Under the pieces are notes generated by a model, which saw only the letters and a list, made by a program, of their open reading frames with translations, did not search any database and was not told the DNA's origin. From Dictyostelium discoideum (taxonomy: Eukaryota): a stretch of DNA of 64,000 nucleotides. Positions 46,245-56,974 of this stretch are shown piece after piece (position 1 is the first letter of the stretch; each line of letters begins with the position of its first letter). The DNA is taken from positions 4,032,001 to 4,096,000 of the forward strand of contig CM000152.2 in NCBI GenBank assembly GCA_000004695.1. Direction: 5' to 3'. A program made the translations under genes and the position numbers.

Positions 46245-46571
46245 ATGTCAAGTGTTTCAAGAAAAGTTTCAAATGTTGCAAAAGGTTATAAAACTAAAGA
46301 TGGTGCAGGTGTATCACTTTTACGTGTTATTGGTGGACCTATCCCATCAAAATCAGTTGATCCATTCTTAATGTTAGATGCATTTAAATCAGAGAATCCA
46401 AATGATTATATTGCAGGTTTCCCATCACATCCACATAGAGGTCAACAAACTTTAACCTATATGATAGATGGTATAATGGAGCACAAAGATAACAAAGGAA
46501 ATAAAGGATTACTAAAACCTGGTATGGTTCAAGTTATGAATGCTGCAAGAGGGTATGTTTTTAAATATTAT

Positions 46572-46610
<39 letters not shown>

Positions 46611-47227
46611 AATACTAATAATTCAAAATAATAATATATATATAAAGTATTATTCACTCAGAAATGCCAAAACAAGTTGAAGGTAAAATGTTTGGATTTC
46701 AATTTTGGTTAAATTTAGCAGCAGTCGATAAAATGTCAGATCCATGGTACAAAGATATTCCAGCAGAAGAGATTCCAGAAGTTATTACGAATGATAAAAA
46801 GGTTAGAGTTGTTGCAGGTCATTATGAAGGTGTTGAAGGTATTGTTAAAGGTTTACGTGTTAATCCAATCTTTTTAGATGTTACATTATCACCAAACACT
46901 AAATTCTCTGTAGATATACCAAATTTCGATCATAATTCATTTGTTTATGTTTTCGAAGGTGAAGGTAAATTCGGTCCAGAAGGATATGAAAAAGTTGTAG
47001 CTGATCAACATATTGGTGTTTTAGAGAATAAAGACAGAGTTACAATTAATGATAATGAAATTACACCAAATAAATTAGATGCAATCGCAGGTGAAAATGG
47101 TGTTAGATTCTTATTTTTATCAGCAAAACCATTACGTGAACCAATTGTCCAACATGGTCCATTCGTTATGAATACACAAAAAGAAATTCAACAGGCTTTT
47201 TTTGATTACCAAATGGGTAGATTTTAA
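46245..47227 (+). CDS. Pirin (bicupin, Fe-binding) homologue, 2 exons, 295 aa
   Basis: Exon 1 is 46245-46552 and exon 2 is 46648-47227. The donor is GTATGT at 46553 and the acceptor ataaag at 46646-47. The splice joins AARG|IIHSEMP. Cupin metal-ligand motifs are present: FPSHPHRGQQTLTYMIDG...H (N-cupin) and MPKQVEGKMFGFQFWLNL. The protein is collinear with human PIR (HPHRGFETVTYVL...GDVQWMTAGRGILHAEMP...LQLWVNL). Confidence 0.85.
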
Positions 47228-47564
47228 TTAATCACCTTTTTTATAAAAAAAAAAAATAATAATAAAGATTAAAAAAAAAAAAATTGTACTATAATTAATG
47301 TAAAGTGGTTATTAAATTAACCCCCCAATTAAACATTTATACTGTTGAATTAGAAAAAAAAATAATAAAATAAAATAAATAATAAAATCTTTTAAATTCA
47401 ATGAAATTAAAACATAAAAAGCAATAATATGATTGTTATATTATTGTATATATATATGGTTATTAAAAAAAAAAAGTTTTATTTTTATTTTAATATTGTT
47501 TTTTATGTTTAAAAAAAAAATGTTAAGTGAATCTTTTTTTGATCGATCGAGAAAAAAAAATTAA

Positions 47565-48314
47565 TTAAAATGGTAAGTTACCAAGAACTTTTGGTAATTG
47601 GACTGATGATTTTAATTTTAATTGTTTAGAATTTGGTTGATTTAAACAAATACTTGGTAATTGGAAGTATGCTGAGTCAGCAGATGGATTGTAATAGTAA
47701 TAGTTTGTTAATGTATATCCACTTGGTGTATTGTTGATATTTTCGGTTGAGCCAGAGATTAATGAACAATCTGATTTATCTACAAGGAGACCGACATTTG
47801 AAGAGTTACCTAAATCACCTGGATTTACTGAAAACATATCACATTGAACAGTACCTAATTCGAAATCACCAACATACTTTAATCCTTCAAGTGATGGAGT
47901 AGAGTATGATAATGGTTGTTGGAAACAATAATCAGTACCATTTACATTAACACTAACGTATTGTGTACTATTACTACCGAAACCCCAGAGATTACCTTTT
48001 GTTTTTGTATTACCATTATCGAATAAAAAGTCAACATACAATTGTTCACCAGCCAAATCAATATTCATAAAACCAGATTCAAGGAAAGATGATTGTTGGA
48101 TACCACTTGGAGTTGGATAATTTCCATTAAAACTTAACATAACATAAGAACTTGAATAACCTGTTGGAAGTTGGCCACTTGAAGTAAAACATTGTTGTTG
48201 ACCTACTTGATTTTCAATTTTTGAGTAATCAATTTTATTTGTACCCATACTAAATGATTTACAACAATTTAATGCAACTGTCATTACTAAAATTAAAGAT
48301 AATAATAATTTCAT
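47565..48314 (-). CDS. Secreted Cys-containing protein of unknown function, array copy A (249 aa)
   Basis: An intronless ORF with a signal peptide MKLLLSLILVMTVALNCC, several N-x-S/T sequons and six Cys in the mature part. It is 95-99% identical to copies at 50329-51078 and 53896-54645 and about 85% identical to 56225-56974. Confidence 0.6.
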   Translation of the reverse strand: MKLLLSLILVMTVALNCCKSFSMGTNKIDYSKIENQVGQQQCFTSSGQLPTGYSSSYVMLSFNGNYPTPSGIQQSSFLESGFMNIDLAGEQLYVDFLFDNGNTKTKGNLWGFGSNSTQYVSVNVNGTDYCFQQPLSYSTPSLEGLKYVGDFELGTVQCDMFSVNPGDLGNSSNVGLLVDKSDCSLISGSTENINNTPSGYTLTNYYYYNPSADSAYFQLPSICLNQPNSKQLKLKSSVQLPKVLGNLPF

Positions 48315-49405
48315 TCTTTAATTTTTTTATTTATTTATTTTATTTAATTTTTAAAATTTTTTATTTGTTTTATTTATTTATTTTAAATTATTTGTTTAAT
48401 AAAAAAAAAAAAAAAAAAAAATTATTTATACTAATTTTTTTTTATGGGTATCCGATAATATTTTAAAAAATATATTCGAAAATATTTACCTATAAATTAT
48501 CCTGGAAAATGATATATTTTATTGCCTGGTCATGATGTCAAGAGGACTTGCAAAAATTGATTTATTTGAATTATCTCATTTATTTACAAAATATCGGATC
48601 AAAAGTTTTTTCGAAAATTTAAATAAAAACCGTAATAGAATTATTTTTATATATCAAAGGAATATTTTTATGGTAAATAAAAAAAATTAAAAAGGAATGT
48701 CAGAGAACCTATCTCAGAAAAATGATTTTTTTATTTGGATATTTTATAAAAAAAAAAAAATATCTCAAAATATTTTTTTAAAAAAAAAACCCAGGCAGTG
48801 ATATCATAATCTTAACAAAAGATTGTTAGCCTGGTACTAAATTTATTGAAAAATAAATAAATAAAAAAAAATAGAATTTTAAATGTTTACAATTATTTAT
48901 TTGTAGTTCGAGAAAAAAAAAAAAAAAAAAAAATTAATTTAAATCATCAAAAAGTGTTTGTAACTCTAAAAAAATAATTAAATAAAAATAAATAAAGTAA
49001 AATATAAAAAAAATAAAAAAAAAATTAAAACACCTTCCAAAAAAATTAAAGTTAAAACACCTTCAGTTAATTAATTTTAATAATAATAATTAAAAAAAAA
49101 AAAAAGACGAAAAAGACAAAAAAAAAAAAAAAAAAAAAAATGAAAACATTTGGGTAAAAAAAAAAATATCCCAAAAATAAATTGGAATTCTGGAATAAGA
49201 TTTTTTTTTATTTTTTATTTTTTATTTTTTTTATTTTTTTTTATAATTAGCAATACCAGAACGTACAGGGAATTCATGAATAAGATAATGATTTTTTATA
49301 AAGACTCATTTTTATTTTTTTTATTCATTTTAAAAAAAAAATAAAAAAAAACAAAACAAATATAAACAAATATAAAACTAATAAAAATAACTAATATTAA
49401 ATAAA

Positions 49406-49981
49406 ATGTCAAGCATTTCAAGAAAAGTTTAAAATGTTGCAAAAGGTTATAAAACTAAAGATGGCGCAGGTGTATCACTTTTACGTGTTATTGGTGGACC
49501 TATCCCATCAAAATCAGTTGATCCATTCTTAATGTTAGATGCATTTAAATCAGAGAATCCAAATGATTATATTGCAGGTTTCCCATCACATCCACATAGA
49601 GGTCAACAAACTTTAACCTATATGATAGATGGTATAATGGAGCACAAAGATAACAAAGGAAATAAAGGATTACTAAAACCTGGTATGGTTCAAGTTATGA
49701 ATGCTGCAAGAGGTGAAGGTAAATTCGGTCCAGAAGGTTATGAAAAAGTTGTAGCTGATCAACATATTGGTGTTTTAGAGAATAAAGATAGGGTCACAAT
49801 TAATGATAATGAAATTACACCAAATAAATTAGATGGAATCGCAGGTGAAAATGGTGTTAGATTCCTCTTTTTATCAGCAAAACCATTACGTGAACCAATC
49901 GTTCAACATGGTCCATTCGTTATGAATACACAAAAAGAAATTCAACAAGCTTTTTTTGACTACGAAATGGGTAGATTTTAA
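49406..49981 (+). pseudogene. Pirin pseudogene (array unit 2): early nonsense codon plus internal deletion
   Basis: ATG at 49406. Codon 9 is TAA (AAAGTTTAAAATG here, against AAAGTTTCAAATG in copy 1). The exon-1 end is fused directly to the middle of exon 2 (…NAARG|EGKFGPEGYEK…). This removes the intron and about 115 codons, including the MPKQVEG..FWLNL cupin segment. Confidence 0.65.
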
Positions 49982-50328
49982 TTAATCACCTTTTTTATAA
50001 AAAAAAAAATAATAATAATAAAGATTAAAAAAAAAAATTGTATTATAATTAATGTAATATGGTTATTAGATTATTAACCACCCAATCAAACAGACATTAT
50101 ACTGTCGAATTAAAAAATTATAAAAATAAAAATAATAAAATAAAATAAATAAAATCTTTTAAATTCAATGAAATTAAAACATAAAAAGCAATAATATGAT
50201 TGTTATATTTTTGTATATATGGTTATTAAAAAAAAAGTTTTATATTTTTATTTTAATATTGTTTTTTATGTTTAAAAAAAAAAGTTAAGTGAATCTTTTT
50301 TTGATCGATCGAGAAAAAAAAAATTTAA

Positions 50329-51078
50329 TTAAAATGGTAAGTTACCAAGAACTTTTGGTAATTGGACTGATGATTTTAATTTTAATTGTTTTGAATTTGG
50401 TGGATTTAAACAAATACTTGGTAATTGGAAGTATGCTGAATCTGCAGATGGATTGTAATAGTAATAGTTTGTTAATGTATATCCACTTGGTGTATTGTTG
50501 ATATTTTCGGTTGAGCCAGAGATTAATGAACAATCTGATTTATCTACAAGGAGACCGACATTTGAAGAGTTACCTAAATCACCTGGATTTACTGAAAACA
50601 TATCACATTGAACAGTACCTAATTCGAAATCACCGACATACTTTAATACTTCAAGTGATGGAGTAGAGTATGATAATGGTTGTTGGAAACAATAATCAGT
50701 ACCATTTACATTAACACTAACGTATTGTGTACTATTACTACCGAAACCCCAGAGATTACCTTTTGTTTTTGTATTACCATTATCGAATAAAAAGTCAACA
50801 TACAATTGTCCACCGGCCAAATCGATATTCATAAAACCAGATTCAAGGAAAGATGATTGTTGAATACCACTTGGAGTTGGATAATTTCCATTAAAACTTA
50901 ACATAACATATGAACTTGAATAACCTGTTGGGAGTTGGCCACTTGAAGTAAAACATTGTTGTTGACCTACTTGATTTTCAATTTTTGAGTAATCAATTTT
51001 ATTTGTACCCATACTAAATGATTTACAACAATTTAATGCAATTGTCATTACTAAAATTAAAGAAAATAATAATTTCAT
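50329..51078 (-). CDS. Secreted Cys-containing protein, array copy B (249 aa)
   Basis: An intact paralogue of 47565-48314, with a few substitutions. Confidence 0.6.
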   Translation of the reverse strand: MKLLFSLILVMTIALNCCKSFSMGTNKIDYSKIENQVGQQQCFTSSGQLPTGYSSSYVMLSFNGNYPTPSGIQQSSFLESGFMNIDLAGGQLYVDFLFDNGNTKTKGNLWGFGSNSTQYVSVNVNGTDYCFQQPLSYSTPSLEVLKYVGDFELGTVQCDMFSVNPGDLGNSSNVGLLVDKSDCSLISGSTENINNTPSGYTLTNYYYYNPSADSAYFQLPSICLNPPNSKQLKLKSSVQLPKVLGNLPF

Positions 51079-51975
51079 TTTTTTTTTTTTTTTTTTATTT
51101 ATTAATTTTTATTACTTTAAATTTGTTTATTTTAAATTATATAATTAAAAAAAAAAAAAAGAAAAAAATTATTTATACTAATTTTTTTTATAATTATCCT
51201 ATAACATTTTAAAAAATAAATTCAAAAATATTAACCAATAAATTATCCTGGAAAATAATATTTTTTGGCCTGGTTATGATGTAAATTGAAGTTTCTAAAA
51301 TTGATTTATTTGAATTATCTCATTTATTTAAAAATGTCGGACTCAAATTTTCCCAAATTAAATAAAAAACCGTAAATTATTTTTTTTTATTAAAGAATTT
51401 TTTTAGGGTAATTAAAAAGATTAAAATAGAAGGTCAGAGAATCTATCTCAGAAAAATAATCTCGATAAAAGAGTGTTGACCTGGTATTAAATTAATTTTA
51501 ATAATTAAAAAAAAAAAAAAAAAACAGAATTACAAATGATTTTTTATTTTTAGTGATTTATTCCTAATTTTAGTTTTTGCGGTAAAAAAAAAAAAATTAA
51601 TTTAAATTATCACCTGAAAAAAATTAAAATAAAATATAAAAAAATATAAAAATTAAAAATAAAGATAAAACCCCTTATGTTTTTATTCAAACTAATAATA
51701 GATTAAAAAAAAAAAAAAAATTATAACATCCAAACCAACATAAAAATAAATTGAAATTCTGTATCAAGATTTTTTTTTTTTTTTTTTAATTTTTTATTTT
51801 TTTTTTATTTTTTTTTTTTTTTATGATTAGCAATACCAGAATGTACAGAGAATTCTTGAATAAGAAAATGATTTTTTATAAAGACTCATTTTAATTTTTT
51901 TTTTTTCATTTTAAAAAAAATAATAATAAAAACAAAACAAATATAAAACAAATAAACTAACTAATATTAAATAAA

Positions 51976-52613
51976 ATGTCGAGTGTTTCAAGAAAAGTTT
52001 CAAACGTCGCTAATGGTTATAAAACTAAAGATGGTGCAGGTGTATCACTATTACGTGTTATTGGTGAACCTATCCATCAAAATCAGTGGATCCATTCTTA
52101 ATGTTAGATGCATTTAAATCAGAGAATCTAAATGATTATATTGCAGGTTTCCCATCACATCCACATAGAGGTCAACAAACTTTAATCTATATGATTGATG
52201 GTATAATGGAACACAAGATAACAAAGGAAATAAAGGATTACTAAAACCTGGTATGGTTCAAGTTATGAATGCTGCAAGAGGGTATGTTTTAATTATTATT
52301 AAAAAATATAAAAAAAAAAAAAAATAAAATAAAATAAATCTAATAAATACTAATAATAATTCAAAATAAAAATATATAGTATTATTCATTCAGAAATGCC
52401 AAAACAAGTTGAAGGTAAAATGTTTGGATCAATTTTGGTTAAATTTAGCAGCAGTCGATAAAATGTTAGATCCATGGTTGAAAATGGCGTTAGATTCTTA
52501 TTTTTATCAGCAAAACTATTACATGAACCTATTGTTCAACATGGTCCATTCGTTATGAATACACAAAAAGAAATTCAACAAGCTTTTTATGATTACCAAA
52601 TGAGTAGATTTTA
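51976..52613 (+). pseudogene. Pirin pseudogene (array unit 3): frameshifts and large deletions
   Basis: ATG at 51976. There are single-base deletions relative to copy 1 (CCTATCCATCAAAATCAGTGGATCC; CACAAGATAAC). A large deletion joins …AAVDKM(L)DPW directly to ENGVRFLFLSAK. Confidence 0.65.
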
Positions 52614-53049
52614 ATTAATCACCTTTTTTATAAAAAAAAAAAAAATAAATAAATAAAAAAAAAAAAAAAATAAGAAACATAAAAAAAAAAAAATGGTAAT
52701 TATATTATAGTTAAAAAATTAAAAAAAAAATATAGTAACAAAATATTAGTTTAAAAAAAAAAAAAGTTTTGTTTATTTCTTTGTTTGAAATTTGGTTTAA
52801 TATTATTTTCCAAATATTTTTGACAAATAAAAAAAATAAAAGGTAATAGATATTTTTTGGAATCTATATTTATGTATGTTTTTTTAGTTTTTAGAAAAAT
52901 AAGATACATTTTATTTATTGATAATATATTGAATACTAATTTTTCGTGTGTATTAATATTAAATTATATTAAAATAAAAATTTTAAATCATTAAAAAAAA
53001 GTGAAAAAAGATAATACAAAAACAGAAACCCTAAGATTTAATTGTTTTG

Positions 53050-53754
53050 GGTATATAGTCTGGTGAATCAGGATTTAAAAATAAATCAATCTCAGAAATA
53101 GTTAAAGAAATTTATGAAAATATCGATGGAATGACAATGAGTGGTAAAAAAGATGGAAATTCAAACATTGGTGGTTTCATTGCAACAAGACATAAGGAAT
53201 GGTATGATAAAGCAAGTATTGTTAATATCATTTATGAAGGATATGTAACATATGGTGGTATGACAGGTAGAGATATGGGTGCAATGGCTCAAGGTTTAAA
53301 TGAATCAATGGATTTTGAATATTTAAAATCAAGATGTAAACAAGTTGAATATCTTGCAAATAAACTTGATAAATATGGTGTTCCATTTCAAAGACCATTT
53401 GGAGAACATGCGTTATTCATTGATGCAAAGAAAATACTTGGTCATATTCCAATTGATGATTTAATTGCTCAAACATTAGCTATTGAAATTTATTTAGAAG
53501 GAGGTGTAGGAAGTGTTGAAATTGGCACCCTTTTAGCCGATAGAGATCCAATTACTCAAGAAAACTGATATCCTCAATTAGAGTTTGTAAGACTAGCAAT
53601 TCCAAGAAGATCATATACAAATAATCATATGAAAGTAGTAGCTGTAACACTTAAAAATGTTTATGATAAAAGATTAAAAGTTAAAAGTGGTTATAAAATT
53701 ATTCATGAAGCACCAATTCTCAGACATTTTACTGTTGAATTAGAAAAGTTATAA
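53050..53754 (+). pseudogene. Relic C-terminal fragment of a tryptophanase / tyrosine phenol-lyase family (beta-eliminating lyase) gene, with an internal TGA
   Basis: The translation GESGFKNKSISEIVKEIYENIDGMTMSGKKDGNSNIGGFIATRHKEW...[166 protein letters not shown] is collinear with the C-terminal about 230 aa of bacterial TnaA (…AMSAKKDAMVPMGG...[21 protein letters not shown]...QYL...[50 protein letters not shown]...LLRLTIPRATYTQTHMDFI...YEPKVLRHFTAKL). The PLP-lysine (SAKKD, compare SGKKD) is retained. An in-frame TGA (53566-53568) is AGA in the unit-4 copy. The fragment begins at an intron-acceptor-like tatatag with no upstream exons found. Confidence 0.6.
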
Positions 53755-53895
53755 ATAAAAAATTTATCAAATAAAATAAATAAATAAAATCTATGAAATT
53801 AAAACATATCTATGATTTTTTATAATTATTTTTTTATTTTATTTTAATTAATATGTCTTTTTTTTTTTTTCAATTTGAAAAAAAAAAAAAAAAAA

Positions 53896-54645
53896 TTAAA
53901 AAGGTAAGTTTCCAAGAACTTTTGGTAATTGGACTGATGATTTTAATTTTAATTGTTTAGAATTTGGTGGATTTAAACAAATACTTGGTAATTGGAAGTA
54001 TGCTGAATCAGCATATGGATTGTAATAGTAATAGTTTGTTAGTGTATATCCACTTGGTGTATTGTTGATATTTTCAGTTGAGCCAGAGATTAATGAACAA
54101 TCTGATTTATCTACAAGGAGACCGACATTTGAAGAGTTACCTAAATCACCTGGATTTACTGAAAACATATCACATTGAACAGTACCTAATTCGAAATCAC
54201 CAACATACTTTAATCCTTCAAGTGATGGAGTAGAGTATGATAATGGTTGTTGGAAACAATAATCAGTACCATTTACATTAACACTAACGTATTGTGTACT
54301 ATTACTACCGAAACCCCAGAGATTACCTTTTGTTTTTGTATTACCATTATCGAATAAAAAGTCAACATACAATTGTTGACCAACCAAATCGATATTCATA
54401 AAACCAGATTCAAGGAAAGATGATTGTTGAATACCACTTGGAGTTGGATAATTTCCATTAAAACTTAACATAACATATGAACTTGAATAACCTGTTGGGA
54501 GTTGGCCACTTGAAGTAAAACATTGTTGTTGACCTACTTGATTTTCAATTTTTGAGTAATCAATTTTATTTGTACCCATACTAAATGATTTACAACAATT
54601 TAATGCAATTGTCATTACTAAAATTAAAGAAAATAATAATTTCAT
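53896..54645 (-). CDS. Secreted Cys-containing protein, array copy C (249 aa)
   Basis: An intact paralogue. Confidence 0.6.
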   Translation of the reverse strand: MKLLFSLILVMTIALNCCKSFSMGTNKIDYSKIENQVGQQQCFTSSGQLPTGYSSSYVMLSFNGNYPTPSGIQQSSFLESGFMNIDLVGQQLYVDFLFDNGNTKTKGNLWGFGSNSTQYVSVNVNGTDYCFQQPLSYSTPSLEGLKYVGDFELGTVQCDMFSVNPGDLGNSSNVGLLVDKSDCSLISGSTENINNTPSGYTLTNYYYYNPYADSAYFQLPSICLNPPNSKQLKLKSSVQLPKVLGNLPF

Positions 54646-54676
54646 TTTTTATTTTTTTATTTATTTATTTATTTTT

Positions 54677-54723
<47 letters not shown>

Positions 54724-55323
54724 TTAATTTATTTATTTATTTAATTATTTATTTATTTATTTTAAATTATTAAAATTATAAAAAAAAAAAAAAAAAAAAA
54801 TTATTTATACTTTTTTTTTTTTTAAGTATCCGATAATATTTTAAAAAATAAATTCAAAAATATTAAGCAATTGATTATCCTGAAAATATTTTTTTTGCCT
54901 GGTTATGATGTCATGTGGTTTCAAAAATTGATTTATTTGAAATATCATATTTATTTATGAAATTTCAAATTTTCTAGAGAAATTAAAAAAAAAACCGTAA
55001 AGTATTTATTTTTTTTTCTTATTAGACGAATATTTTTATAGTAAATAAAAAAAAGATTAAAAAAGAATGTTAAAGAATCTCAGAAAAAACATTTTTTTAT
55101 TTGGATATTTTTTAAAAATAATATCTGAAAATATTTTTAAAAAAAAAAAAACCCAGGCAGTGATATCATAATCTCAATAAAAGATTGTTAACCTGGTACT
55201 AAATTTATTTTTATTTTATTAAATTTTTTATTTTATAATAAAAAATAAAAAAAATAGGATTTTAAATGGTTTTTGTTATTGTTATTTTAGTGGTTTATTT
55301 GTAATTTGAGTTTTTGAGGGGAT

Positions 55324-55362
<39 letters not shown>

Positions 55363-55716
55363 ATCACAAAGTGAGTAATCCAAACTCTGAAAAATAAAAT
55401 GAATATAAAAAAAAATAAAAAATTAAAGATAAAACCCCACAGGTCAAAAAAAAAAAAAAAGAAAATATTTAAATAAATATAAAAATTAAGGGTGGTTGGA
55501 TGTAAAAATTTCAGCATTAAAGTGGTGAAAAGTAATTTTGTGGGTTTGTCGCCTTTTTATTTTTTTATTTTATATGCGACTTAATAAAAATAAAAAATGA
55601 AATTTAAAATGATTTGTTTTTATTTTTTTTATTTTTTTTATTTTTTTTTTTTTTTTAATTTTTAATTTTTAATTTTTTATTTTTTTAATTTTTTTTTTTA
55701 TAATTAGCAATACCAG

Positions 55717-56069
55717 TTGGAGAACATGCGTTATTCATTGATGCAAAGAAAATACTTGGTCATATTCCAATTGATGATTTAATTGCTCAAACATTAGCTA
55801 TTGAAATTTATTTAGAAGGAGGTGTAAGAGGTGTTGAAATAGGTACCCTTTTAGCTGATAGAGATCCAATTACTCACGAAAATAGATATCCTCAATTAGA
55901 GTTTGTAAGACTAGCAATTCCAAGAAGATCATATACAAATAATCATATGAAAGCCGTAGCTGTAACACTTAAAAATGTATATGATAAAAGATTTGAAATT
56001 AAAAGTGGTTATAAAATTATTCATGAAGCACCAATTCTAAGACATTTTATGTTGAATTAGAAAAGTTAT
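55717..56069 (+). pseudogene. Shorter relic of the same tryptophanase-like gene (array unit 4), fused directly to the conserved pirin-upstream block
   Basis: The junction reads TAATTAGCAATACCAG|TTGGAGAACATGCG. The fragment encodes [112 protein letters not shown]. It has no start codon and no pirin. Confidence 0.55.
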
Positions 56070-56224
56070 AACTAATAATAAAATAAAATAAAAAACAAAA
56101 GAAAATAAAATTAAACTAAATCAATGAAATTAAAATATGAATAAGATTGTTTTTTATTTTATTTTAATATTAATTAATTTGAGAATCTTTTTTTTTTTTT
56201 CAATTTAAAAAAAAAAAAAATTAA

Positions 56225-56974
56225 TTAAAATGGTAAGTTTCCAAGAACTTTTGGTAATTGGACTGATGATTTTAATTTTAATTGTTTAGAATTTGGTGGA
56301 TTTAAACAAATACTTGGTAATTGGAAGTATGCTGAATCAGCAGATGGGTTGTAATAGTAATAGTTTGTTAATGAATATCCACTTGGTGTGTTGTTAATAT
56401 TTTCAGTTGAAGCAGAGATTAATGAACAATCTGATTTATCTACAAGGAGGACAAGATTTGTAGAGTTAGCTAAACTACTTGGACTACCTGCAAACATATC
56501 ACATTGAACAGTACCTAATTCGAAATCAGTAATATAGTTTAATCCTTCGATTGCTGGAACTGAGTATGATAATGGTTGTTGGAAACAATAATCAGTACCA
56601 TTTACATTAACACTAACGTATTGTGTACTATTACTACCGAAACCCCAGAGATTACCTTTTGTTTTTGTATTACCATTATCGAATAAAAAGTCAACATACA
56701 ATTGTTGACCAACCAAATCGATATTCATAAAACCAGATTCAAGGAAAGATGATTGTTGAATACCACTTGGAGTTGGATGGTTTCCATTAAAACTTATCAT
56801 AACATAAGAACTTGAATAACCTGTTGGGAGTTGGCCACTTGAAGTAAAACATTGTTGTTGACCTACTTGATTTTCAATTTTTGAGTAATCAATTTTATTT
56901 GTACCCATATTAAATGATTTACAACAATTTAATGCAATTGTCATTACTAAAATTAAAGAAAATAATAATTTCAT
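56225..56974 (-). CDS. Secreted Cys-containing protein, array copy D (249 aa), the most divergent copy
   Basis: The ORF is intact and the signal peptide conserved. There are about 30 amino-acid substitutions clustered around positions 140-200. Confidence 0.6.
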   Translation of the reverse strand: MKLLFSLILVMTIALNCCKSFNMGTNKIDYSKIENQVGQQQCFTSSGQLPTGYSSSYVMISFNGNHPTPSGIQQSSFLESGFMNIDLVGQQLYVDFLFDNGNTKTKGNLWGFGSNSTQYVSVNVNGTDYCFQQPLSYSVPAIEGLNYITDFELGTVQCDMFAGSPSSLANSTNLVLLVDKSDCSLISASTENINNTPSGYSLTNYYYYNPSADSAYFQLPSICLNPPNSKQLKLKSSVQLPKVLGNLPF

